From Stylophora pistillata (Eukaryota): DNA of 62,670 bases. Positions 50,156 to 62,670 of the stretch are shown here, piece after piece. The notes below the pieces were generated by a model. It had not been told where the DNA came from. It saw nothing but the letters and a program-made list of their open reading frames with translations, and searched no databases. Position 1 is the stretch's first letter, and every line of letters starts with the position of its first letter. The stretch covers positions 490,368-553,037 of the forward strand of contig NW_019217814.1 in NCBI RefSeq assembly GCF_002571385.2, read 5' to 3'. The translations under genes were made by a program, and so were the position numbers.

Positions 50156-53100
50156 TCAGTTCTTTGCCGAGGGTTCTCTGACGAGACTCAGCAATTTCTC
50201 CACTTTGGCCATTTCGTTTTCAGGACCTTTGGCTTTCTCCTGAAACAAAAAGTAAAGATTTTGTATCAACTTACATGTCAAAAGAAAGTTCTTAAGAACT
50301 TCAACGATTGCTTTGCCAGCATCTATAACAGGTGAGAACGAATAACAAAGGCAGAGCGAAAACGGTGTGAACGCTGAGTTATAGTTTAGATCACATTATT
50401 CATAACTGGCTGATGCTTATGCCAGAGTACGATTAAGTCAAGTGTTGAAGCGTTTGCAAAGGTTGCAAACTGGTAAAGAAAGTTGTCCTAGAATATGATA
50501 GGTTCGACAATCAAAGTTTTCCCCGACAAAGAAAGATAATCAAGGAAGCCAATAGAAAAGGAACAAGACAGATAACTCGCACAGTGTCCAATATATTTAG
50601 ATTCGTGTTAAGGAGTAAAATATGATATCCGCAAAACGGAATAAGGAACCAGGAGGAATCATACTCTGAGAATTCGATATCTTAATGCTGATGAATTTTT
50701 CCTATTGTAAACATCTGTATTCTTGACAACTTAAGAGAAATTATTGAAATAACATGCTAGTCATTCAAGAATCGCACGGAGCCGAGGAAGCGAGGAGAAA
50801 AGAAACAAACGAAAAGTTTTAACTGTGGGTCTTACAACACAGGATTCAAGATTAAGTCAAGTTTAAGATAGGAGAGCTTAAGAGAAGTGTCATACGGGTG
50901 TGAAGACAATCGGAGGCGGCGACAATGGCTCGTCATCGGAATCAACAGCTTGAGTGAGTACAAGAATTGGTATTTCCTCCTTCAAAGAACGAATCAGTGA
51001 CACAGTGTGTTAGTACGTTAATGACTGGCGTGCAAACAACGTGCAGAATCCATTAAGGCAAACGTTACAAAGAACAACAAAATTAGTTAGTTCCCAGTCA
51101 GATGCAGAGTGCAAGATTCTTCATGCATAGCTAAGTATGCAGGTCACTTGTTCAAAATCAAACGCGCAGAAGAGTTGCTCTTAGAAATTATTCTTTGCAT
51201 GTGCATTACTCAAACTGCTAACACAGTTGCGTCGATCGTTTTTTCAATTAGGGGTATCTTCGTTCTTTTTCCTTTTTTTTAGTCGTTCGCCTCTATTGTC
51301 GCCAGGCAAGTTCATATCGTCTACCGAGGAAAACGATGATACAATTCCCTCCCACGGATCCCGACGAGATTACGGAGGGATTCCTATGCACCCTTCATCG
51401 AAGAAGGAAGTCAAATCAAAGAATACTGGTACCTATCCTTAAATCTCTTAAACTGAGATGGAGTTATTTTAACTTTCACTGAGTGAAAGTTGAAGAGGAT
51501 GATGAAAGTAGCAAATAGCGGCAGAGGACAAGCAACTGGTGGGGTAGTGGAAAAAAGAGGAGGGAGGGTCATCTGGATAAAGGATATGAGAAGAGCACGG
51601 GACAGTAACGGTGGTGTAGAACGAGATGAAAGACAACAATGGATGGGACTTCTGGGGGTGAACTGTAGAAGAAGGAGCAGGAGGATGAAGAAGAGAAGAA
51701 GCAGGGGACGACGAGGGCAGATCGGTAATAGGTGCGATGAAGGATTTGTATATTAATTTTTTCAAGAAACCCATGGGATAATACTGACTTTCTTAGCTGC
51801 ACTGATCAATAAATACATTGCTGTACTCTTACTATTTGACATACCTTGGGCTGCGTGGCTTTTCTGAGATTTGGTGACAGCTTCAACGATGTCACATATC
51901 CTCTGTGAAGCAAAAAAAAGACAAAATAAATGGAAGCTACTTGATACAGGATCACCTTAGACACGTAGGTTGACAAGTTATGAATAGAGGAACTTTACAA
52001 TTGCACGCCAAAGTCTTTGAAGATCGTGGACAAGATCTTCGACAATCAATCTTCGACGATCTTTCAGCGAAGACGTCTTAAAGTTGTGCGAAGGGTTTCT
52101 ACGTAACAACTCTTAAAATAATTAAATTAACAAATTTCCATTACCTGTCATCTCCCACAATAAGCACTGGGTATTCAGGGTTGAAAGCCAAGTGAGTCAG
52201 CTTTGTTCTTTTCTTGTTAGCCACTTTAAATAGGAAAACAATTTGGAATTATTCTTTTTACTGCGTGAGAGACTCCATGCCCAGCTGGGTTAGTCTCCAG
52301 ATCGAGCGGTCTGGGTCATTCTGTTCCCCGCCAGATCATTCTGTTGTGTTCTAGGCAAGTCAGTTTACTCTCAGTGCGAACGTCTCCAACAAAAAAGGGT
52401 TACTAGCGAACGGTTAGTAAAACCTGACAAAATACTAGCAGTGGGAGAGGGGTTACCTGTGATGGAATGGGCCCCGTCCTTGAGGAGTAGATAGACTCAC
52501 TTACAGACTACTAAGCTTTTAAACTTAACTTATCTCCCTGATTTCCGGTTTGTCTGAACAATAAATCAAAGCGTCGTGGTTCACCGTCAGATATTGAACT
52601 TACCCGATTGTTCGCTGAGAGGTTCGTACTTGTTCACGTTCAGATCGTACACATACACCTGAAGCAATAATAATGACGTTAATCAACGCTGAGAAATGTT
52701 CAGGAAAAAAGCAAGGATATCTTGAGTTGACAACCCATCTCCATCTTCGATTGACTGTCAAACCTAATGTAGGATTGCCGTGATTTTGCTTTGCTTCGTC
52801 ACTAATGGGTCCAAAACTGTCTTGCACCTCCCTTTCAACCATTTACACGCGCAAAATGTAGGCTTATCGTGACTTCCCGAGCTTGGGAGTGTTAACATGA
52901 ATATACTCTGAGTTTCCGTTGCGATCGAGTATACCTTGTTAATCATTTAAATACCCGAAGCAAAACTGAAAAGAAAAGTCGACTCTATCAATGAATGAAC
53001 CTGACAGGGTGGTGTGAAAGGCGAATGATGTATCATCAGCTGATGGGCGATATCAAAGACACGTAAAAATATTTTGTAATTCTACATGTGTGCGGTTACG

Positions 53101-56100
53101 GCTCTTCTAAGGGCTGGAAATCCTGGTAAACCCCGCAATTCACTTATTTTAACAAAACAAAATTACGCTGTGCTGTTTCTTACCCGTCCATCCGTTGTAC
53201 AAGCGGCAAACACTGTGGAAGCATAAGGCGCCCAGGCAACATCCCCGACAGAGTTGTTCAGATCAAAGGTAAACATGGGCTCTCTGTGCAAAGAAACAAG
53301 CGATAAATGATGAGCTAACAATTGATGAGATGACATAAAAATGTATAACTAAGATGATGCGTCATAGCTAACTCATAAAAGAACACAAAGCTCAAAGCAA
53401 TATGCTATACTTAGGTTGTCAATAACTTTGAAGGCGGTCACGTTGTCCTGGACGTCACGTGGTTTCGTAAGATCACACTTAAGACTGATCAGTTGAAGTG
53501 TCCCTAGCATCCCACGAGCTTCGTAGGAACCTAAAAATAAATTCTGAACGACGAATTGATTCACACATCCGCACACCAAGCCGTTTCGATTGCTAATTTT
53601 TGATATTCGTGGCTAGATTTTTAGTTTATAAAAGTGTTCGTTCCGCTCACAGGCTTTGTGAGCTGAAAATTTTAGCAAAAACACTCCAGCCCTATAACTT
53701 AGTTTTCTTACAGATAATGATGATCCCAAATCTTCACCGTCCAGTCGGCACTACACGAGATGAAAATCTTTGGGTGAAAATGATTCCATTTGACAGAGTA
53801 AACTGCCATGTGATGCGCCTGCAGAGAAAGAGAGTTGAGTGATAAGAAAAGAGTAAAAGCAAGATTAGGAGATTAAGACATTGGTAGACATTTTGGCATG
53901 AACATGAAGTGAGTGGGAGTGCTGTGGACAGAGGCACTGTGAGAGTCGTGTGTCGTGTCCAGGAACACTAAACAATGACCCTGCCAGGTCTCCAACCCAG
54001 ACCCTTCCACCCGGAGTCTAACCCTAAAAAACTATCGCGTCTCCCACAATTTCTGGTGTACTTAAATTTATTTCATTTTAGTCTATAATTGATCTTTTTA
54101 TATAAAGTTTGTAACGATCTGATTTCTTATAAGAGTAAAACTTTGGCTGGAATTCAAGTTAGAGTGAATAAGTTTTACTCCCAGCGTGCGAGTAAAAAAA
54201 GCAAAAACTATAACATCAAGCCACGATGCTGAAACAATTAAAGGACGATACGTACATCGTAAGTCTCGAGGAACTGGCTTGAATATGTTTTGGAACACTT
54301 GTGTATCTTTCCTTCCTCTGTGCCTGATAATAAAGAGGAAAATGAAAAGAGTTTAACATAGAGTTAAAAAAGTTAAAGTAAAAACAACCAAACTGCCTAA
54401 AGTGCGGGAAAGCAACCAAACTGCCTAAAGCGCGGGAAAACAACCAAACTGCCTAAAGTGCGGGAAAACAACCAAACTGCCGAAAGCGCGGGAAAACAAA
54501 CAAACTGCTAAAGCGCGGGAAAACAACCAAACTGCCTTAAGCGCGGGAAATCAACCAAACTGCTAAAGCGCGGGAAAACAACCAATCTGCCTTAAGCGCG
54601 GGAATACAAGCAAACTGCTAAAGCGCGGGAAAACAACCAAACTGCCTTAAGTGCGGGAAAACAAGCAAACTGCTAAAGCGCGGGAAAACAACCAAACTGC
54701 CTAAAGCACGGGAAAACAACCAAACTGCTTAAAGCGCGGGAAAACAACTAAACTGCCTAAAGCGCGGGAAAACGCGGGCGACTTAGTCGTGATTGGTTTA
54801 AGTTTCGAATTTCTGCGGTTGAAAGAGTGGCGCAGGTTTGCTGAACGAATCACAGAGCAAAATAAATCAAAACCAATGCAATCTCGGTTTACTTTCGACA
54901 CTCAGTTGAAACTGCTCTTGTTGACACGACTAGGTGAGTTCACCAGTAAAAAATCACAAAGCAACGTGAGGCAAAAGCACTGTAATCCGGTCTTACTTTA
55001 GAAATTCAATCGAAAAATTGCTCCATTATGAGTTAACGACATTTTAGAGAAAACGTATTGCTGTAGCAACATTCCACTTACCAACGAGAAACATATAATC
55101 CATTGTTTTATGAAAATCAAATGCAGTTCCACAACCTGCAAATTAAAACAGTGGGAATGTTGGACAATTCAGAGAGGATAACGGGAGTAAGCTTCCTTCG
55201 AAACAAAAGTCAGTATTGATTGTTCTCAGTGAAATATTTTCAGTGACCACTTTCGCAATAAAATATGATTGTATGTCTGATGTCAGAGTCCCGGCAAGCA
55301 TTTTAACCTTCTTCAGGTTCAAAATTCCAACAAATAATGCAACGTGACCAGAGGGCAGCTGTGACTGTCTGGGGACTACGTTATCTCAACAGGATAGCAT
55401 GGATTTACACACACGGCACGTATTTCAAGCTAATTCGGTTTGGAAGCAAGTGGGAAAGGAGGAAATGGTGAAACCAACTGGGATCAGAGTAGATGGATGG
55501 TTCGGGTCAGTGGGGTTCTGGGTATACGCTGCAAAATAGCAAACTAAAAGATACCTAAACTTGGAAGTTGTGAGTTGTCTCCTTCTCCTTCCGAAGCGTT
55601 TCCCTGCTTCAGAGTGATTATGTCCGTGTGCCTCAATTCACTCTACACAACAAGACACAACAAATATTTGTCAGTGTGACAAAAATATCAAAAACACTTG
55701 AAAGGAAAATTTTAAAAACATTATTTTCAGTTAAATATCCGTCTCTTTGAACGCAACTGAGAATAGTAATTGTGTTGTTACACACCACAAAAGCTGAATC
55801 AAATGGCACAAAAGATTGAAATTACTCCTTTTTGTAATAGAATCAAGTTACTCTTCGGTACAAAATAAAGAGACTGGAAGCCTTTATGCCTTTTTTGGCG
55901 GCTCGTAGAGGCAAAGCACCATTCAGATTTGAAATTTAAATATCTTTGCACCAATATAACTTCTGATAATGCCTGTTTTGAAAAAATTAACTAAACCAAT
56001 ACGGAGAAGAAATACAACATTAAAAAGGCTTTACTAAGTTTACCTTTACGATCGTCCATTGAGTTATTCTGCCATCAGATGACACGGAGAAGAAGTTCAT

Positions 56101-59100
56101 GTTATTGTCCAAATCGTCTTTTTGCCATTTCACCTTAAATAAATGAAAGACAAGCAAAACGAAAACAGACATCAGAAAAGTGGCGCACATCAGAGAGAAA
56201 TACTCTTCCTACTTTCGCTCGAAGTTTTTCTCTGTCTTTGTCATCCTCACCTGCCAAACAGGGTCCGTATGTTTACCCGTCTTGGCAGTTGATCTGTACA
56301 TCAACTCGATCTTATTTGTTAGTTGAATAACCGTGTACACACCAACACTACCTGGAATAAAAAAAAGAATGGCAACGTACTTGAATTTTAGTGTTTTTCC
56401 ACGGAGATACAAGCTCAAACAAAATATTATAATTTGGTTTGCATTTCATGACCTCTGACAACTGAAGGTGGCTTATCAACTCCTGCTAAAATAAGTTTCG
56501 ATTTTTAAACCAATCAGGAAGAATACGTTACCTCTTAAAGCAAACGAGTTTGCACCAAAAACTAAAAAGCTAAAAGTTTTCTAATACGCCGAGTATGTTC
56601 TCCCTTTCTCCTCATGTATTGTTTCCCTCGTTTCTCCTCAGTGATTCTACGTTACTTGCGTTTGACGGAAAGAAATAAAGCAGGCATGAAATATTCAAAC
56701 CAATGCTGAACTAACCCTTGCAAATACTTTTGTTTGTTCCAAAATCTCGTCGAACGTACCTTTTACTTTCAAGTTTTAAATCAAAATGAAAAGACCAAGA
56801 AGTGTACCATAACTGAAAGGGATGTAACTTACCGTCGTAGAAACCAACTGCGATGTAATTGGGATGCTCAGGATGAAAATCAAGGCACATAACCCCACTC
56901 TCTGTCTCACATATGTATCTGACAAACACAAGGTACGTGCGTTAGTCATAACAGAGGAAGGAAACAACGAAGGGTGCAATGGACTGAGGAATAATCATAT
57001 GACAAAGAGCTACAAGGCCATAACTAGTCCAAAACCTTGTGCGATCACAGTTTACAGCGCGGACACATCTCTTTATAGTTTTATTGTTTATTTGTTATCT
57101 TCTTTAATAACAATTTTTGCTATAAGCTAACTGTTAAGATGGTTAGTCTTTGCTAAGATGAACACTTACTCTGGAAATGAAGGGTTCTTCAATGTGTACA
57201 TAGTGACCATTCCGTTACTTTGCTTTAAAAAGTCATCTGCAATGAAGACATGAACCCAAACGTAAGTATTTAAGATTAATTACACGAAATGTTAACAAGT
57301 CTTTCCTTGTGCTTTCATTCGGTCTCTCTGAACATGTCGTACATGTCAGCCTCCAATTTCCTTTTTGGTACATCAATATCGTCCACATACTTCCCGACAG
57401 ACCTTATTTAATTGGTACTTTGTGTCTCTCAAATCTAAGAAAACTTTCCGTTGGCAGCTTAACTTTCTGTCGATAATGTCATGTTACTTAGCCTCTTTAC
57501 TCTGCTTAACTGAAGTTCATCCATTACATGTTGATGAATTTCGCGAAAAACTATCGACATCATTTTTGTAAATACCACGCTGTCTTAATATGTCATGATG
57601 TCATGTGGTCACGATGTACCAATGTCACGATGTCACGATGTCACGATGTTATGGCTTCAGGATATCACGATTTCATTAAGGCGCGATGTCATGTCATAAT
57701 GTCAAAATGTCATGTCTTGACGTCAAAATGAATGTTACTCACACGATCCGTGTCCAACTCCAAACAAGTCGTGGTACCTGGGACTCCTACAATGAAGAAA
57801 ACATCCACATTCAGAAGCTAACTACAACTGTAATCTAAAAAGATCTATTCGATACATTACGTTTAACAACTGAAAGGAAACAAAAATCAGGAGAAGCAGA
57901 CATACCAACAAAGTGAAGTGACGGCCATTCTCTTTGATTTCTCACACGAAAATTTCCACAGAGGCAACAGTGTACCCTCTTGGTCCTTAAACTCATCGGC
58001 GGCGTCCTCCCAGTATTTGAAATCTGATAGCAAAAAATGAAAGCGACGAAGTTTTCACACTGCACTACATATCATGTAAGATATAACAATTTTGTACGAA
58101 CTCCCCACAAGACAAAAGAATGCTATAGTTTCAAAATCCAAATAATGAATGGTACGTTCTGAGACAAAAGTGAAAGGAACACCATTTGCACTGAATAATA
58201 AGTCAGACCGATAATATTTGAAAAAGAGAGAATTCTGAAATCAAATGAGGTACAAAATTCCAACGATACAACGGAGGGGGGCAGTTATGACAAGTTCAGT
58301 TTGGAGACGACGTTATCCCAACAGGATAGCGTGGATTCAGATAATGTATCCTCGGCGTCTACCACCTTGAAACAACACACTCTCAACAAAGGGGTCAGCT
58401 ACAGACTCGAAGTTAACTCTATGTTTTGATTTAACTAGTATGCTCTATGTTTTGATTTACGCGATCTGTGTCGAGAAATCCGCCTAAATAAAAAATCACA
58501 AAACACCAGTCGAAATACGCTTTCAGTGATATTGTAAATTATCACTGACTTGATCTACCAAGTAAAGTTTGATCTAACCTTGTGCGATGTCGTCGTATGT
58601 ATTCTGGTTTACCATTCTCTCCACTATCTTGCACGGTTTGGAAATCCTTGAAATATCATCACCCTGTATACAAAAATAAAATCAATACGGTGGTTAAATG
58701 GTGGACGACCGGTCTCACTTCTTGGATTAAAAGAAAAAGCCATTTGGTTCCTTAACTAATGTGGAAGGGGTTCATAAACTAGACTACCGGCCTAAAGGTG
58801 AAATCCCAAACGCTCAGACGCTGGAAATATTACATACTGGTGCCACCTAACTTTCAAAGGAACCCCACAAAAGGCTAAGAGGAAGTAGCAATGGTCCGAA
58901 CTGCTTAATTTGGATAAAACTGGAGCCAGGACTCAGAGGAATGGAACACACCGCTTGTAAAACTTCAACTAAATTTTGGTTAAAAGGTCCATTTGCAGTG
59001 AAAGCTTACTGACCTGCACTTCAACTTGCATGAGCTTCTTCTTTTTGTCGTCATCTTTCTTAAACGTTTGGGTCTTTCTGCTTTCCTTTTCTTTCATTTT

Positions 59101-59343
59101 TTCCTACAATAGGAGTATTTCAAAGTATTTCAAAACTTAGAGACTTCATTTGTGAGTTCGTCAAATGTATGCGAGCAATAGTCGACGGAGTAAAATACGC
59201 TTTGGTTGAAACGTGGGCTTCCACAATGTTGTTAGCTGAATATTTCACATTTGTTCCTCGTATCACTGATGATGTGAGAGAGCTTGTTCAGTCATTTACT
59301 TCTTTATCTCATTTATTTATCATTTGTACATATATTTACTCAC

Positions 59344-59388
<45 letters not shown>

Positions 59389-61648
59389 CATCATTATATC
59401 ATAACTTAAAAAATAATAGTCAGACTCTTTCTCCTGCGCGCGACGCGCTCGATCCTCTTCCAATAAAAACATTTTGAAGAATTTTGAAAAGGAAACGAAG
59501 AAACCTTTTATTCTTAGATCCTCACCTGTCTTTGCAAATCCTCAACGTATGCATCATAAATTTCCCACTGAAAGGATACAAGAAATTGTAGAAGTAAATT
59601 ACTGGTGACGTACTAAATTAGTAGAAATTTCTCTAAAATGCTTCCAAACGGCTCGTTATCAAATTTGGTCCAAATTTCCTTGACACTGATAGGTACAATT
59701 ACTGTAATGATTCGATTTAGCGATTTGGTGCTTATTTACTAATGGTACATCTAGGAAGGGCACTAATTCGAAACAGGGCACTTATTCTTATGTACTAATG
59801 GTACATCTAGGAAGGGCACTAATTCGAAACAGGGCACTTATTCGGGGACAGGGCGCTTATTTTTCCTTCACGAAACAGTAGAATGAGCAAAACAAAGCTT
59901 TGATGTTTGTTTGAAAAGGAATGCTATAGAAAACTTTAAAAGGTAACAAATGTACAGTGAATATTTATATAATGATGGTAAGGAGTGTACTCTAGCTGTG
60001 CTATCACTGAAACAGAATAGGGAAGTTTATTGGAATGAGGGTTCTTACGCCATAGGAGCGCTGATTAGAACAGGGACGCTTAGAGACAAAAACACATTTT
60101 AGGGGGCGCTCACTAGAGAGGGGCCGCTTATTGTAAGAAAGGCGCTGAATGGAATCCTTATTGTACAATTTTTATTGTACAATGAGTCACTATTTCTGAT
60201 GGGGTATTTTTGATTAAGTGAACCCAGTAAGAGTAGCGACATTGCAAATCAAAAATACTATTACCGGGACTGTTGACTGATGAACCTCTTTGAGAGGAAG
60301 AATTTATGTGTTTTGAAAATCAAATTTAAAGTTCAAAAATGAGCGAGAGAAAAACAGAACAAGGTTTCGAGCTCATTTTTGACAGAGTGGGAGAACAGTT
60401 TTGCCATCCATAACCCTCGCCCACCTGATTAGCTGTGGCTGAGAAGTTAGCCCTTGGTGGAGGTTCAGTTGAGGTTCCACGTTCCTTGGAAAAAAAAATT
60501 AAACAAATACACAAAATAGTGCACATACAAAGAGGTAAAACCAGTTTCAGTGTACAGACTTACATACATGCATATACTTTTTGATGAGGCAGGTCGGTTT
60601 GCGGCAACCTGAAGGCTGGTGTAATAATAATAATGTTCTCCGCAACCTATTTTGGAAAGTCAAGCAACACAACAAAGACCCTTCCCCCTGCCCAACTCGC
60701 TGCATCCCTTGGAAAATACCAACAGGAAATGACAGAAAAAGGGCAGCAATACGTTGAGACAGTAATAGTCCGCTTTAAATGTAGATACAACTGCATACTA
60801 ACACGACACGTCCAATAATAAACAGTACAGTTTTGTGCTTTTTGTTAATTACTTAAGGTCAGTATATCAAAGTTTAGATTAATTTTAAACATTGAAAAAC
60901 TGACCCTGAGATAACGTAAATGAGAAATAACATCGACGAAATTTGTGATCAATGAGGCAGGCCAGTGTAATCTGTTTTATTGACAACAAATGTTGCTCAC
61001 TACATGAAAGAGTTGATATTCATACTTACCAGTTCCTGGTATGGTTTTTGCATAATTATTTTTTCATTAACATCATTAAAAGAAGGTTGTTTTTAAAGAT
61101 GAATAACTTACTCTGTAAGGATTGTTGTAAGTCTGCGAAGCTCTCTCGCTGAAGTTAAACTGATTAGTTAACTTTGTTTCATTCTTTCCACCCACAGAGG
61201 CAGACGAGTCTGGTCGAACTTCTTCCGCTGGTTTTTCCTGAACCAAAGTAAATTTAAAGTTGTAAGTACAGTGTATAATTCGTGTTTTGTCGTTTTCTTC
61301 TATAAACTTTGCCTCTTTCTTCTTGCTTTCCCGATTATGGAGCCCTGACGTGTCCAAAGACAAGGGGTGCGGTCAGCAATTTAGCACGTCGTGTGATGTT
61401 ACACAAAAAGTATTTTTTTCCAAGGGCCGTTCTATGATTTTAGGTCGCCAGTTATGGTGAAGAAAAGTTGATAAGTTGAAAATCTGTCTCAATCAAACAA
61501 AGACTGCATTATATACAGTCTCTTGCCAAACTTCAGTCTAGATTACAAAGCTATGATATTAAAGAATTGAGATCAATCACCTCTACTGCCTCAACTGCTT
61601 TGTTTTCTTTGTCTTCTTCTTCACCAGGTTCACCAGCGTCATGTTCAG
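50156..61648 (-). CDS. DNAI1: Axonemal outer-arm dynein intermediate chain 1 (WD40); 5' part lies beyond the window
   Basis: Exons 61648-61581, 61237-61112, 60484-60425, 59567-59526, 59103-59014, 58663-58579, 58023-57906, 57786-57743, 57236-57170, 56918-56833, 56351-56251, 56133-56044, 55642-55555, 55135-55082, 54323-54256, 53818-53712, 53283-53184, 52658-52604, 52223-52145, 51902-51845 and 50239-50156. Motifs: [104 protein letters not shown]. Confidence 0.95.
54381..54771. repeat. About 28-bp tandem repeat (about 14 copies) at the edge of an interspersed repeat (to about 54918)
   Basis: The unit aaacaaccaaactgcctaaagcgcggga runs into gcgggaaaacgcgggcgac...ttactttcgacactcagttgaaactgctct. Confidence 0.9.
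59345..59395. repeat. (TTA)n microsatellite
   Basis: Trinucleotide run in a DNAI1 intron. Confidence 0.95.
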
Positions 61649-62670
61649 CTATGAGGACATGAAAGGAGTTTGTCAGCAAAGACATGCTGTACGTACTGTA
61701 CATGTACTATTTACCTGTACGTGTACTATTTAACAAACTTCCAACAGTGTGCTGAGCAAGCTCCTCTAGTATTCCAAATTCAAGAGGAGCAAATAATAAT
61801 TGTGAACAGAACTTTCGACAGTATTCAGTACAGGGAAGGCGCTTCCTTTCAAAGTTATTGTCAGTACCAAACATACAACAAACATGGTGTTTGCATCCTC
61901 TATGTCCACTGTTGTTTGAAACTCAGTTACAGCAGTGAGCTTCTGTGATCATAACGTGATCTACAATAGTGTATGAAATGTGAGCACAAAAAACATACCA
62001 TTATTCCAGCCATCGCATCCCATGTAACAATTTAAACTACCAAGAATTATTAGAATGATAATTTCAGCTATATGTAGACCTTTAAAAAATTTTTCACACA
62101 AGTCACTCATAAATTACAAACAATTCCCCGCAGAGGTGACCCCCCACAAGTGACTTACATTAAGTTAACAAGGTGAACTAACTTTGAAAAGTTCTAAGGA
62201 TTCGACTGCACCCTCATAGGAAATCTTTTTAATTCAATGGTCTATAATGTACAATGACCAATTGAAAGCATTTTAAACAAATTTATATCCTGCCTGTATC
62301 ACCATTTAGCAAAACTGGTAAAAAATTACCTAATGCTACTGAACTGTTTTACTTCTAAACATAAAGTGCATCTCTTTAAAGTCAAAATGCACCATCGAGT
62401 GACATTATAGTAACAAGTCAGTGACAGATTAAACAATAATATTTCTGTGATGGAAATTGGGGCCAGTAATAGAATCAAATGAAACTAACAAACTCCATGC
62501 ACTGGAATTGATGACTGACCAGCACTTGCTGACCTGTGTGCTGATGTATTAGCATTTATTTACTAGGCGGTAAGTATGAATATCAAAGAACAAAAGAATA
62601 AGAGGGGAAATAAAAGATGGTATTCTCAAATGTTGTTATCTTGTATTGCCCCAGTGTCCCCTACTCCCCC

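Noticed and set aside
59736-59843. About 51-bp direct duplication and nearby ggcgcttatt repeats
   Set aside because: Local duplication inside an ordinary degenerate interspersed repeat in a DNAI1 intron.

Overview
Eukaryotic, AT-rich, intron-containing genomic DNA. The repeat families and gene content look like a stony coral or related anthozoan, which is an inference. From left to right: (1) 1-20 kb is a tandemly duplicated cassette. It has a decayed copy (class A GPCR pseudogene plus FAD-oxidase pseudogene, 2.2-4.1 kb), a block of LINE and other repeat debris, and an ORF-intact copy (intronless rhodopsin-type GPCR 13235-14578 +, convergent with a two-exon gulonolactone/arabinonolactone-oxidase-like flavoprotein 15517-20005 -). 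(2) PTAR1 (-) and PDCD7 (+) are head-to-head with start codons only about 65 bp apart. (3) An intronless orphan ORF with an N-myristoylation-type start is followed by NUDT2 (+), KIF24 (-, 14 coding exons) and DNAI1 (-, 5' end outside the window). NUDT2, KIF24 and DNAI1 are also neighbours at human 9p13.3. A KIF24 intron holds an ORF-intact DD35D pogo (Passer/POGK-like) transposase next to an assembly gap. A 27-bp palindrome-cored minisatellite fills the KIF24-DNAI1 gap. There are many SINEs, MITEs, foldback elements and Penelope-type hammerhead ribozyme relics. I found no CRISPR array, rRNA or true tRNA. Exon coordinates were read by eye from GT/AG boundaries and frame continuity.
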